Assembly: GCF_009834535.1 (NCBI RefSeq)
Contig: NC_045697.1
Span: 70,744,001-70,808,000, forward strand
DNA: 64,000 nt
From: Camelus ferus
Lineage: Eukaryota
Reading direction: 5' to 3'
Numbering within the stretch: position 1 is the first letter of the stretch; each line of letters starts with the position of its first letter. Position numbers and translations under genes: made by a program. Positions 1 to 12,481 of the stretch are shown here, piece after piece. The notes under the pieces were generated by a model. The model had not been told where the DNA came from, made no database searches, and was given only the letters and a program-made list of their open reading frames with translations.

Positions 1-600
1 TATGGAGATGTTAACTCAGTATGACATTCTGCTTTTCCCTTGATGGTATTTGTCATATTTAAAATTGTGAATATTCAGTTTTATACAAGTACTTCTCTCT
101 ATTTGTATATATATATAGAGAGAGATTTATGTGGGTTATTTGCTAAAGACTGAGAGATACAGATCTGCCTAGTCCAATATTAATGAAGAATAAATAAATG
201 CACATTAAAAAAAAAACTTTCGTAAGGCAAGACATTGACAAGATAGGGATATAGTACACATGATACCAAGGTTCCTGGCCCCACTATCAGTTCAAGTACG
301 TCAGTGGTGAGTGGCCCAGAAGCAGTGAAGTCATCAGAACTGGAGGTGCTGCGTGCATTGCAATGATGGGTACTTTGGTGAAAACAAGTTATCAGCTATT
401 GACCGCAGGGCTTTTCTTGATGCTTTGACATCAAATAATATCACAGGATCTTCACACCAGGGAGCTATGATTAAATTTCCTACTATGCACAGAACTCTGG
501 GCACTTAGGGTCTAAAGTAATTGGATTTAAAGAGAATCATGAAAAGGAGGTATTCCACACCGCATTAATGGAATCCAGTTCACTCATTTTCCCCCCTTTA

Positions 601-990
601 TGGTAGACGCTGATGGTTACTCTCCCCAAACCATTTCTTTTCCCAAATTTAGCCTTGCTGGCAGATTGCCTTCTGCTACAGGAGCTGCTAGAAATTGCTA
701 CCCCAGCTTCCATCTTAAGCTATGGATATAGGACCCCGTTCAGGCCTCTGGGAGCTTGAGAGTTTCTTCTCTGATTAAAACAAAACCAAACAGTCATGCA
801 AAAAAATAAAAACAAAAACCTATGGTAAGGGAATGGAAAGATGCTCAGGGGTATGATGATATCACTGAGTCATTTATATTAGTCAACTCTGTGACTGCCC
901 TGCTTCAGAACTTTTTGTTTTATGAGACAATAAAGAGTTTTAGATATGTTGAGTTGGTTTTTCCATTATTTGCATCTACAAGAACCCCCA
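601..990 (+). mobile_element. Old MaLR solo LTR (MLT1J/K-like)
   Basis: 3' part '...cagaactttttgttttatgagacaataaa...gagttggtttttccattatttgca' resembles an MLT1 polyA/U5 region; subfamily from memory. Confidence 0.55.
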
Positions 991-1006
991 CATGGTACAT
1001 CACTAC

Positions 1007-1385
1007 TGTTGCAGATTGGGCTTTCTGGCAGCAGATGCTGAGATGCAGGGTAGGATCAAGATGTTTATTAGGGACCAAAAAGGAAAAGCTCAGCAGCAGA
1101 AATGGACAGAGGAGGAAGCCGACTGGCAGGGAGCTCTGAAGCAAGTCTGCCCATCAGAACATCATGCCCAGGTCACAAAGGTCAGAGCTTTGCACGCCTG
1201 CCTCCCTCAGGTGCTGCAAGTAAGCAGCTCTGCGAGGGATGTAACCTCAAGCAGAGGAGCTCTCTGACACTAAGGGAGATGTGATGGGGAAGACAGCTGG
1301 CTGCTGACTTCTGACCGCATGCCCTGTCACTAACCAGCAAGCCTTTCCTTGAAGGGTGATCTGGGTATCTGCACTTCCACATCAG
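1007..1385 (-). mobile_element. ERVL solo LTR (LTR16-family-like)
   Basis: Starts 'tgttgcagattgggctttctggcagcagatgctgagatg...aagatgtttatt', like the reverse-complemented LTR16 3' end; ends '...ccttgaagggtgatctgggt'. Confidence 0.55.
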
Positions 1386-1529
1386 CCATATGCATTGCCT
1401 CTGTATACATGTACACACAGAAATCCATACATAAATATGTATACACTACATGCCCAGTCCATCTCTCTTCTAACACCTCCAATTCAAGGTAATCAGACTT
1501 AAAAGGTGACCCCACTTCCACGTCCATAA

Positions 1530-2210
1530 GCTAGGGCTGACAGCTTAAGTTTTCTTTGACATATCATTCCTTTGCTTCTCCACCCAGCCAATGCATATGT
1601 CTAATAGTGTCTTACTTTGGACTTCTTTTTTTTTTTTTTTTTGCCCCCATTCCTATTCATGTTAGTGATTGTCAGTGAAATTCAAGCTCCACTGTGTCTC
1701 ACATAAGGCTGAAGTCTTCTGTTCTCCTAACCTTTAAATTTCGTCTCCTACATACTACCACCAACACACTTTCCTAGAGCTAAGTTCTGATCATGGTGTT
1801 GCCCTCATAAAAATGTGGGCAGATCTCCTTTAACTATCTATTAAATTTTGAAATTTTCTTAGTTTTTCATTCCAGTTCCTTTAGGATTCTGCCTTTAACT
1901 TATCATGTAAGAAAAACGAGTTGATTAGTGATTTCAATGTGGGATGCATTCTATTCCCTACCTCTCTGCCTTTTCTTTAGCTATGCTAGTTAGAAAGCTT
2001 TTTTTTTTTAACCCTCATTTATGCCTTCTGAAATTTTATCAGAGGAAAGCCTGACCCATCTGACCCACTGGGCAGTATGCCACCCCAGGATTCACAGATG
2101 AATGTCAGTCCTAATTTTGGTATATGACATGTTCTGTGTTGTATTATGTTTGCAGAGCTGTCTTACCCACTAAGCAGAATAAGTATCTGCTCAAGGCACC
2201 AGAAAATCAA
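1530..2210 (+). mobile_element. L2 LINE 3' fragments, highly decayed
   Basis: L2-like phrases such as 'ttcctagagctaagttctgatcatggtg' and 'ctgtcttacccactaagcagaataag'. Confidence 0.4.
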
Positions 2211-2499
2211 GACACAGCATTTTCAGTTCACATGTCACCATGATCTATGCATTTGGTCTGCATTTAGGCTAGAAGCGTCCTGGCACCAGCATATACTATT
2301 CCTCTATCAGTACAAATCTGGGGCTCAGCTTAACAACTTTTTCCTGACAAAGGTTCCAAATATATACCATGTGCTTCTCACTTTATGTCTAGGGTTTTTC
2401 CTGTTACAGGCATGAGATGCTGTGGAAGTTACTCAGTGCCCACATGCAAGTCTCATGGGTCAGACGTGAAGCAAGAGGAGAGGCAAAATTGTAGGCTAA

Positions 2500-3310
2500 G
2501 CATGGACCTGACAAGTTGTAGTTCCCTCTCCAATGCTGATCTAATTACTGCTTCTGTTGAATGCTCAGCCTGCAGGAAGCATACACCAACATTAAGCCCT
2601 CAACACAGCTTCATTCCTCAGGGAGACTGACTAGCCACTTGGCAGCAGGTCGGTTTCATCCAACTCTTTCCGCTTTAGGGAGGGCAGCAATGCAATCCTA
2701 CTGAATGTGGACTTGCATTCACTTGCTTATCATGTACCCCAGAACCCAGGAATAGCCAGCCTGATAAAAGGTGGAAAGGTCTATTGAAGGCTCACCTGAG
2801 ATCCCAAGTGGAGGACAGCACTCTGGGGTGCTGTTCTCTGGGATGCACAATCATGTATATTCAAAGGAGGAGTGCCAGGGAGCACAATATAGGTTAGTCT
2901 GTACTACAGGTTGTGGGTATCATCTTGCCTCTTTTTAGGCAAAGAAAAGAGTTACTGTACTAGTGGGGATAATCAAATCTGATAACCGCGAGGAGTCAGG
3001 GTTGTTTCTACACAATGAAGATAGGGAGGAGTATCTTGAATCCAGGGGATTAACTGTGGTGTCTCTTGGCACTCCTGTGTCAAATGAAAACTGTCAATGG
3101 GGAATTGTAACAACCACAGCCTGACAAGGGCAGGGCAATGATGGGCTCAAACCTCTTGGGGATGAAGATGTGGGGCATCCTACTGGGTCAGCAGTCCAGG
3201 CTGGCAAGAGTGTTAGCTGAGAGTGGGGAAAATCTAAAATGGGAGATGGTGAAGGGAGGGGAGAACTGTCACTTACAGAACAGGAACCAATTGTAGCAGT
3301 GGGAGCTTGT
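2500..3310 (+). mobile_element. ERV-L (class III ERV) internal remnant: integrase plus dUTPase/C-terminal region, inactivated
   Basis: Translates to LSNADLITASVECSACRKHTPTLSPQHSFIPQGD*LATWQQVGFI (ERV-L IN: LTKADLATATAECPICQQQRPTLSPRYGTIPRGDQPATWWQVDYI); AYHVPQNPGIASLI/RWKGLLKAHL; from 2942 KKRVTVLVGIIKSDNREESGLFLHNEDREEY (dUTPase motif III region); GMKMWG...RVLAESGENLKW. Contains stops and frameshifts. Confidence 0.88.
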
Positions 3311-3489
3311 CTTGCTAATTCTTTTTAAGGTTTTTTTGGAAAGTTAAAATTTTTGGCCAGCTTGATGAATGAGACTTGCGCTTCCTATCCTAGGAAGAAA
3401 TGAGAGTATTTTATCGTAGGAGAGACATTGATGTCACTAGATGAAATGAATGGATCTGAAAAGTCGTTCTTTTTATATGCATCCCAGAC

Positions 3490-4108
3490 TCATGTTCATG
3501 CTTTGCTTTTGGGTCAGAGTGGGCCTTGGCAGGAGCTTACATGATTCCCATGGTTGTGCAGCCAGATTGTTGCTGCCACCGCCACCACCATCGTCACAGA
3601 CCTAGAGCCACTCTTACAGTTTCCAACTATGCCTATTTGCTCACATGCAAGGTTCAACGGTTCCTTGTCTCGCGTCATGCCATGTACTTTATCTCATGCT
3701 CTGGTGCTTCCCTGATGCCACTATGGCGTGAGAGAGCTCAGCCCTCACTTGGCATCCATTTCCTTGCAACCCAGAAGTTTGAAGAAGTAGATGCTTCATG
3801 GGGGAAATCTGTATCAGTGGAAGTTGGCGTCAACAGGTAAATCTCCCTTCTTCCTTTACTGCCATGTACTGTTTGGAGTTGCAGTTACTATATATGGTCT
3901 CTAATAAAACATCCTAAATTACTGTAATATCAGCTCTCCAGGAAACCGTGGCCTGATTGGCAGGGACCTCTCTTATATTCTTTCTTCCTTCTCTACCTCA
4001 GTCTCCATTTCCTTGACTCTCGCATCTTAGGCTTGTATTCCCCAACACAGTGTTAGTGCAGAAGGGTTCGCTTTTGTCTGTATTTTCTAAGGAAGCTGGG
4101 TTATGACA
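3490..4108 (+). mobile_element. ERVL LTR (LTR16-like), probable 3' LTR of the ERV-L remnant
   Basis: Directly downstream of the internal remnant on the same strand; ends 'tgtattttctaaggaagctgggttatgaca' (terminal CA), like LTR16-type ends. Confidence 0.6.
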
Positions 4109-4984
4109 GAGGTTTATAAAAACAAAAAGAATTTTCATTTAAATAATTTCAGAATTGATATTATATGTATTTTAATCAATTGTTGTCATCATAGAAAAAG
4201 TGAGATTCATTAGGATTTCCTTACATTTACTTGATGCCTTTGTATTGCTTTTATTTTGGATAAGGTTGGGCCCTATCATTTTTCACTACTAATGACTTCT
4301 AATGGTCCTAATGGACTTTATTACTTGAATTTACTTGGCATCTCTTTAACTAGACCAATTCGTGAGAAGCTGTCTGTAACTTGTTGTAATCTTCTTTGTA
4401 TCCCTCACTGAGGCTACCTTAATACTGTTAAAATTACAGGTACTTAAAATCCTGTCTAAATTCCCTTTCTACTGAGACTGCTCTGAGATAAGCGATCATG
4501 GAGCAAAGAAGGAACAAAAAATAAATGAATAAATCTGGGGTAAAGGTGAGCCTGGGAACAAGGGATAATGCTTATGACAAAATGCTAAAGAATAGGTGCT
4601 CCCTGGAGTAGTCAAGGAAAGGATAGTATTAAAAAAAAAAAAAAAGGATCAAAACAGGTAACTAGGGAAGTAGAGAATTTGGAAGATGAGGCTGAAATGC
4701 TAAGTGGATGCAAATGGAACTAACCATGTCTTTAAATTAAAGAATGGGAGATGCAATATTTTTCTCTGAGAACATACACTTGTATTTGGAAAAAGAAGAA
4801 ATAAACATAAGAAGTAGCTGAGTAAAGCTGAAGACCAACGAAGTGCACAAATAACTGATTATGTTCAAGTAGTTCTGGATTTCAGAGATGATAAAACATA
4901 ATGACTGTCAAGTGTTAAAAGGGATTTACACTGGATGGTAATTATGTTTCACCTTAGGGAAATAAAGCCATCTTGGTAGACCTG

Positions 4985-5385
4985 GATAGTCTACTCAAAT
5001 GAATATGTCTAATAGAAATGCATATTTACATTCACCAAAAACAGATACAAGAATGTCCGCAGAAGGACTACGTGTAATGGCCGTGGAAAAATCTTAAATG
5101 CCATCTCTAGTAGGATGGATAAAAATAAAATTGTGGTATATTCATTCAGTAGAATTCTGAAAAGCAATTGGAATAAACACCAACTATAAGCAATTCAATT
5201 AATATAGAGTTCAAAAACAGGCAAAAGTAATCCAAAAGTATTAGCAGTCAGAAAGTGGTTACTCTGGAGGGTAGAAGACACTGATCAGGGATAGGAAGAG
5301 TGCTTTTAGGGGCAGATAATGTTCTTTTCTTTCATTAGGTTAAGGGTCTATAATCACATTATGAAAATGCATCAAGATATATATT
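4985..5385 (+). mobile_element. Ancient L1 (L1ME-like) 3' fragment
   Basis: 'ggatggataaaaataaaattgtggtatattcat' and 'aaaaacaggcaaaagtaatcc...gtcagaaagtggttac'. Confidence 0.75.
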
Positions 5386-5878
5386 TATTATTTTATTGGC
5401 ACATTCTCTACTGAAGTATAACACACAGAATCAGAAGTTCTAAATATGTAACAATCTCTGTATCACTACCTATATAAAGATATAGATCAATTTCAGCACT
5501 GCAGCTGCTTTCTAAGACCCACTCAGGTTTTCCCATCAGGTTACCACTATTCTGACTTCTGTCATCTTGTATTAGTTTTGCCTGTCCCTGATTTCCATAT
5601 AGTAAAATAATACAGCACACATTCTTCTGTAGCTTGTTTCTTTTGCTCAATAGTATGTTTGTGAAATTTAATCCATATTCTTTTTCACAGCCATTCTCTT
5701 GTTGGTGGATATTTGCAGTTCAATGTTTGATTATTATACATAAAGCAGCTATAAACATTCATATTACTGGTGACTGTACTAATCGATAAACCACTTTTAA
5801 AAACTGTTTGAAATATATAGTGAATCTATACGTACATATGTCATTTAACCCAGCAATTTCACTTTCTTGCAGGTATAA
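5385..5878 (-). mobile_element. Ancient L1 (L1ME-like) 3' fragment with probable inverted 5' piece
   Basis: 'gttaccactattctgacttctgtcatcttgtattagttttgcctgt' is reverse L1ME 3' UTR; 5780-5878 is an upstream L1 segment in the opposite orientation. Confidence 0.7.
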
Positions 5879-6149
5879 GAACATGCCTGCACTACTTCAT
5901 ATAGGCATTAAGGAAGTGTTAAGATTTAAATAATCACTGTGGTTGCATTATTCTCAAATACCTATATTCTCTCTATATATATTTATCTATGTAAAAAAAG
6001 AAAAATCTTTAGTAATTTACCATTTAGTTCATCTATTTTAAAGGGTATGGCCAGACAGGATATTTAGAAGTAGAATTAGGAATTTAGGAGCAAAAAGTGG
6101 GAGAGAAGAGAACAGATGCAAAAAATGAGAGTGGATTAATAACATAAGA

Positions 6150-7000
6150 GTCATTTAGATTTTATGAATTCTTTCAAGTCATATAAACAAGATTCCATAA
6201 GGCATAATATCCCATTTAAATGAAAGAAGAACGTAAGATTCAAAACAAGTTACTAGAAAATTCTCAGTTACCCATGGGAGATGCATGGGAAACCCTTGGA
6301 AAGCAAAGGATACATTGAAAACTAAGAGATCAGAAATGGAAATTCATGTTGACACAAGAAAACAATTTTAGGTTGTTTGAAAACAATAGCAACCTTTGAG
6401 AATTTGAATTTAGAATTGTGGCTTTATGAGGAATTCATTAGATATTGTGGCAAATTATGTTATTGAAGAACTCCTCGGAAAACTTTTTATGTTCTGCTTC
6501 AATATTTTTAAAAGTAAGGTCTTGTAATAGTCTGAGAAAAATGAAACTTGCCTCTATAAGAATGAGCACTCTGTCAGAGATCATGAAGTAAAATTACTTT
6601 AGATGGGTAGAAGACAGTAAAGAACTCAGTAGAAGATAGATGGAGAGAAAACAACACAGATATTTGAACAATCTTAGAAGCTGTCTGGAAAAGCTACTCT
6701 GAACAGGGAAAGACAGTATTTTAAGTATTCTGCCTAATCACATTGCAACTTTTCCCATCTCCTGTAAAATATCAGGGAAGGTATCAAAGAATTAAAAAGC
6801 TAAAAGTAATTCTAAATAAGCCAATTAGCACCTTTAATTTTCTGCTTATATTAGAAATTACTAAATATTTAGCATTAAAGAGGAAATAAAATGTTAAATT
6901 GAGAACTAATTCAAGGCTTTTGATAGGACGCTAACAGAAAAGCCACATTGAAGCTTGAGGCATTTTAATGTCCTAGATAAAATCTTGACCTTAAGAAAAA
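6150..7000 (+). mobile_element. Possible very old CR1/L3 LINE fragment
   Basis: Faint motifs only: 'ttcaaggcttttgatagg' (FKAFDR, cf. DFSKAFD) and 'aactttttatgttctgcttcaatatt' (cf. NSYFASVF). Confidence 0.3.
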
Positions 7001-7509
7001 TTTCTAGTTAATTTCATACAATTCTACTTGAGACCATAATTAAACTAAAAAGAGTTTGAACGCAGGTGAAAATTGATATGAAAGATAATCTATTTTACCT
7101 ATGCTGCATTTCTTAAAATCTCCATTCAAATTCGGTTTCAATATACAATGCTGCAGTTAACAAAGATTTGAATGTATTTATACTATTTAAGTTGGAAAAA
7201 GAACTGATTATTAATGTCATTAACCTCATTCATATAAAACCTTAGCTATTTAGACAACAAGATCACAGCTTACAAGCCAAGCCACACCCCTAAACTGCAT
7301 GGAGGTTTATGAAAATGCATTAAAACTAAATTTTAGTTTACTAAAATTTCACATATAAGTATCTGGAAAAGTTCAGAATAGCCTCTGGAAGAGCAATCCT
7401 GAATTATCAAATATATATATAGTATAATTCCCCATGAGATATAGAAAACCTCCCGTTGATTTGTTGGCAATTCTGCAAAGGCATCATGGACTGAAGCAAC
7501 CTTTCAGTG

Positions 7510-7700
7510 ACTCTTATTAACTAACTCTGAGACCCTGGGCAAATTATTTAATCTTTTGTTTCTCCATTTCCTTATCAATAAAATGGACATAACTACACCC
7601 ACTCCCACAACTTTGTTAGGAGGACTGAATGAAACCATCTTGTAAACCCTTTACGCAGTATAGAAAGTATAGAAAATGTTTAGTAAATGGCAGTTATTTT
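7510..7700 (+). mobile_element. MIR SINE
   Basis: Core 'gaccctgggcaaattatttaatc...catttccttatcaataaaatgg' plus MIR tail. Confidence 0.8.
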
Positions 7701-9074
7701 TATTTCCTTTTATCGTCAAGAATCCCACTATGTACCTACACAAAAGCTTCTAACAATAAGGATGTTATTATTTAGCTAGATAGAATCCACAATTTCAGAA
7801 GGAATCTGGTATGTTAACCTATACAGGTCCTCATATTCAACTTATTCTTCAAAAAGGAAGGACTAACAAGTCAAAGCAGGTCTTGGCATATTCTCAGCAC
7901 GAGCAGGATTCCACTGCAGTTTTCTACCCCATGACTGGAGGCCAGTCCTCTCTCCAGAAACAAGGCTGCTCTAGAACCATCCATCTCCTTCAAGACTATT
8001 AAAGACATGATTCTCATTCTTAATATGTTCTGTAGACCAACCTATAAGACGACTGAATTTTTATTGGCTCAAAGGCTTTGAGACAAGTTTTATAGTATTA
8101 AAACTAAAATGTGCAAGATCAACCCTTGCTTATAAACACTTTGTAGTTACGTATGCTTCCTGGTCAGCTCAGGTGTAGTCTGTATGTAACTCTTGATACT
8201 TGCTCTCTTTTCCTTACTACACAAAGTGAGATGGCCCCCCAAACAACTGTAATGCACTGGGTTTCCTCTCCCTAACCCAATATCTGCCTCTCCCCAGACT
8301 TCTCCACTATGCCTTCTGAGACCCTCATTCCAGGACAAATTCTCTTACGTATGTACCCTTTTCATAATTTATTCTCTGCAGAGCTTGGCCTTAAAAATGA
8401 GGAGGGGGGGGTCCTTCCCATGAATATACTATACTCCTTTTTTTATCATATTTTCTCACATTTCACAATTTTATTGACTTCTATTGCTGCCTATATACCA
8501 TTCTGCTACATTCTACTAAAAATTATTTTTGAAGGCTATCAGTTGGCTGTAGCAATCACCATGCTACCTTCATTATTTCTGTACAACCATTTGGTAGATC
8601 TGTCTCCACTTTTATTGAATATGATGGAATCTGGCTCATAGTTTTGCTTTTCAGCCTGAACATTACAGTTATCCTCGGCACTTTCTATGTCCTTTTTCAT
8701 CCTTATAGGTCGGCACTCAGAAATTGGCCATAGTTACAGGTTTCATTTTCCTAGCAGCAATTCTGCCATTTGATCAATTGTGCATAGATCATGACTTCCT
8801 CTGCTTTTCCAAGCATATGACCACTCCATAGCTTCTGTGTTTCAACTTCCATAATGTCAAACCCTAATAGAGATAACACGATTGCCTCACGTTGATCACA
8901 GGACACCACTGGTACATCAAATTATGGTGGGGGTGAGTGGTCTGAGTAGTGCAGATGGGAGGAAGAAAGACAACTCAAATACTACCAGCTACAGTGTCAC
9001 CTCTCTGCTTGAAATCTTTTATTTGTTCCCTGTCTGTGGCCAGGGGAACACATTTGAACCCTGTCTGTGGTTAG

Positions 9075-9608
9075 GAAAAGTCTAAATTTCTTAGTACAAA
9101 ATCCAAGCCCCTTTGTGATTTGACCACTGCTTCTGTCTCCAGCCTTGTCACTTTCTCCTCCACCTACCTTTCACTTTTCAGCAATCCCACCCTTTTTTGG
9201 ATTTCTGAACACAATGGGATTTCTTTTGCTTTGTGGTTTTTCCCTTGTTGATCCCTTCTTGGATGGTATTTTTATCTCCCTTCTTTGCAAGCCCCTCCCC
9301 TTCCTTGCAATCATAATTCAAGTGGGGTCTTTTGAAAGCCTTTAATAAATATCTTTCCCCTTTTCTCTTCACTGGCAGAAGCAACCTGCTGGCACCCTCA
9401 GCACTTTGCACAACTTTGTATCATATCTGCTATCACATAATATTGTAGTTTCTAATTTCTTGTGTCTCTTCTGTACTGTATCTGGTTCTACACTTGAGTA
9501 AGCTCTTTGAGGGTAAAGTCTTTGTTCTTCATAATTCTCTCTGTAGCATCTAGTATCTAGCAAAGTGCCTGGTATTTAGCATACACTCAATAAATGTTTG
9601 TTGAAAGG
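9075..9608 (+). mobile_element. L2 LINE 3' end
   Basis: Ends 'aaagtgcctggtatttagcatacactcaataaatgtttgttgaa'. Confidence 0.8.
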
Positions 9609-10912
9609 AAGGGAGGAAAAGAAAAGGAAGAGAGTATAATGACTCATGACAGGCATCTCATCATCAATTGATGGAAACTGCTACTATCTGGTATAATTTT
9701 ATGTGAATTGGAATTAGGGAATTATAATAGAAGCATAACAGTTATGTAAATATGGTCTTCCTTAAACTGCCCAGAGTGCATAAATAAAATCAACTGCTTT
9801 ATTTCCTAACCAGAGTCTACTCTGAACTGTCCTTTAAGATTCACAACTTAAGTAGCCCAACAGCATTGCTCAGGGAGGTAGGGCCAAAAAATCAAACATC
9901 TTCCCACTTAGACATTTGCTGTCTTTGAAAATGTAATAATGCCTGTTAGATACCAAAATATAGTTGATGAACAGTTGCTTTTGTGGCTTATTGTCAAAGT
10001 TGAATTTTTTTTAAGAATGTATTCTATGATTACTAAGAACTGGACCAAGAGTATAGAGTTATTTCAAATATCGAAAGTTACAAAATAAATACACATGAGC
10101 TCTGCCCAATAGTTTTCCAGAGGAAAAAAGGCAGTAGTTCCAATATCATGTGTTAAATAAACTTTTAAAAAGATAAGATTGACAGATATAAATACATAAC
10201 AATAGGTTTTAAACCTATCCATCTATCTATGTATCAGAATTGCCTGTTAGACTTTTGTAAAACAAAACAAAACAAAACAAAAACAAAATGTGTTTTGCAG
10301 CAGCAACACTGTTCCCAATGTACTAAATCATCACCTTGTCTACCATCAATCTAAATCACTGAGCTCCTCTTGGGAACCCAGCACATCTCTCTCCTCCACT
10401 CTATCCCAGTTGCACATTATTTCAAACACTGTTGTTCCTATTTGGAGTACAATTCACGTTCTATCTCTATGGCTATGTGATACTCAGAACTGTCTAGGCT
10501 GTGCCTAGTCTCGCCATGGTCCTTCGAGAACTATCATAACCATCGGTTCAATACCTAAGTCTTAGCTCACTAACATTAAGCCCGTATCCACATTGCTCAG
10601 AGGGCTATTGATTGCAGCTTTTGATCATTTTATTTCAAATGGTCTTCTCAACTGCTATTTTGGTCATCTCACTCATCTTCTAAACTAACTGGAATAGCCT
10701 AATCTGCTATTATTGCCACTATCTTTTTTTCTTCTGTTTTTCCTTTTATGTCATGCAAAATGTCATAATGTGTGGGGTGCCTGCCAAAGAAGGGACTTAA
10801 GGAGCATTATGAGAATCCCACAATTGCCCAGAGAGATCTGACTTGGCAGGTTACGGATGTAGCCATGGGTGCCAAGACACAATAACCCATTTATTCTCCA
10901 GTGCTGACTCAC

Positions 10913-11036
10913 CTGTGAAAGGACTGCATCATGCATAGCTGCCACCATGAGAGTCCTGAGGATTTGTGTAACCACATCCTCCTCCAACTGATTTATACCC
11001 AAAGTGACAGACCTTGGCAAAGCTAAAGCAAATGTT
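10913..11036 (-). other. Candidate spliced exon (124 nt), unverified
   Basis: Minus-strand acceptor ...cttcctactccacttgcctttggttag|AAC and perfect donor CAG|GTGAGT; one open frame TFALALPRSVTLGINQLEEDVVTQILRTLMVAAMHDAVLSQ. Confidence 0.25.
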
Positions 11037-11482
11037 CTAACCAAAGGCAAGTGGAGTAGGAAGCAGTGCAAATCAAGAGGGAAGGAAAACATCCTCAATT
11101 CAGCTATCATGCTAACCAGCCACTTTGGGTTCTGCTTTGCTACACTGTCATTTCCACCGCTACCAAAACTGGGCAACATTTCTACACTTTCTCTAGTGCT
11201 AACAGGGATGAGAAGGACTATTTTGAAGGTTCAGCTGCTTCTCAGGCTTGGTAAACAAACAAACAAACAAACTAATAAAAAACTACATGGAATAAATTAT
11301 GTGGCTATGATCTGTTCCTATTATTTGAGTGCAAAATACTCAACAAAGATAATATACACAACATTTTCATGTGTTTTTTTTTTGTGTGTATTTATAAGTA
11401 ATGATGGCAAACTTCTCAAATAAAAATGATAAGGAGAAAACTGGAATTTTCAGGATTAATATCCTCTATTAAAAGACATAAT

Positions 11483-12008
11483 TAAAAGCAATATACGAGA
11501 TCTAGGGGATAATATAAGGAATCCCAATCTCCACATAATAGCGATCCCACAAGGAGAAGAAAGAAAAAAGAGGATCAAAAATGTACTCGAAGAAACTATG
11601 GCTGAAAACTTCCCAAACCTGAAGAAGGAAACAGATACCCAGGTACAAGAAGCACAGAAGGTAACATATTAACATACAAGATGAACCCAAACAGACTTAC
11701 ACACCAAGATATATTATAATTAAAATGGCAAAGGTTAAAGAAAGGACTCTAGAGGCAGCAAGAGAAAAACACAGAGTTAGTTACAAGGGAATCCTTATAA
11801 GGCTATCAGCTGATTTCTCTACAGAAAGGTTGCAGGCCAGAATGGAGTGGCAAGATACAGTCAAAGTTCTGAAAGGGAAAATCTCGCAACCAGCAAGATT
11901 ATCATTTAGAATAGAAGGAGAGATGAAGAATTTCTCGGGTAAGCAAAAACTAAAAAAGACAGCAATCCTCAACCTACCCTAAAAGAAATACTGAAAGGTC
12001 TTCTCTAC
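11483..12008 (+). pseudogene. L1 ORF1p C-terminal part (RRM/CTD), disrupted
   Basis: MAENFPNLKKETDTQVQEAQ; MAKVKERTLEAAREKHRVSYKGILIRLSADFSTERLQARMEW...PARLSFRIEGE. Confidence 0.93.
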
Positions 12009-12481
12009 AGAAAAGAAGCAAGAATCTATAGGAAAGCAAAAAATCATAACTGGAAAGTTATTCACTTAAATAAGCCAGTACACACATTAAAAGAGAAAAA
12101 AAATCAAAATTTTGTGAAAACGAAGAAAACTAGAATGAACAACAAAAGGATAAACATAAAGACATGAAAGAGGACATCAAAATCATAAAATGTAGGGGAG
12201 GGGAGTAAGAATGTGTAGTTTTTTCTTTTTTTTTTTTAAAGAATGTGTTTGAGCCAATATGACTACCAGTCTAAAGCAAGCAGATACAGTAATGGGTTAA
12301 CATACTTGAAAAAAAGAAAGGCATCACAAATCAAAAACATACAATAGATTCATAAAAGCCAAAAAAGAAGAGAACACAAGCATAATACAAAAGTAAACCA
12401 CCAAGCCACAAATGAAAAAGATAAAAAAAAAAAAAAGGAACAAAGAAGAAATACAAAAATCAACTGGAAAACAGGTTTAAA

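Noticed and set aside
822..1527. Cluster of overlapping 60-105 aa ORFs
   Set aside because: They lie within decayed LTRs, with no domain or splice support
3526..3840. 104-aa ORF with a His/Arg run
   Set aside because: Inside an LTR; the run comes from a short (CAC/CGC)n tract; TTG start
4618..4650. Poly-A flanked by AAAGGAT as a possible micro-insertion
   Set aside because: A 7-bp A-rich repeat is too weak to call a TSD
8309..8850. 110-aa hydrophobic ORF / possible ancient LINE relic
   Set aside because: No diagnostic motif found; composition is explained by T-rich sequence
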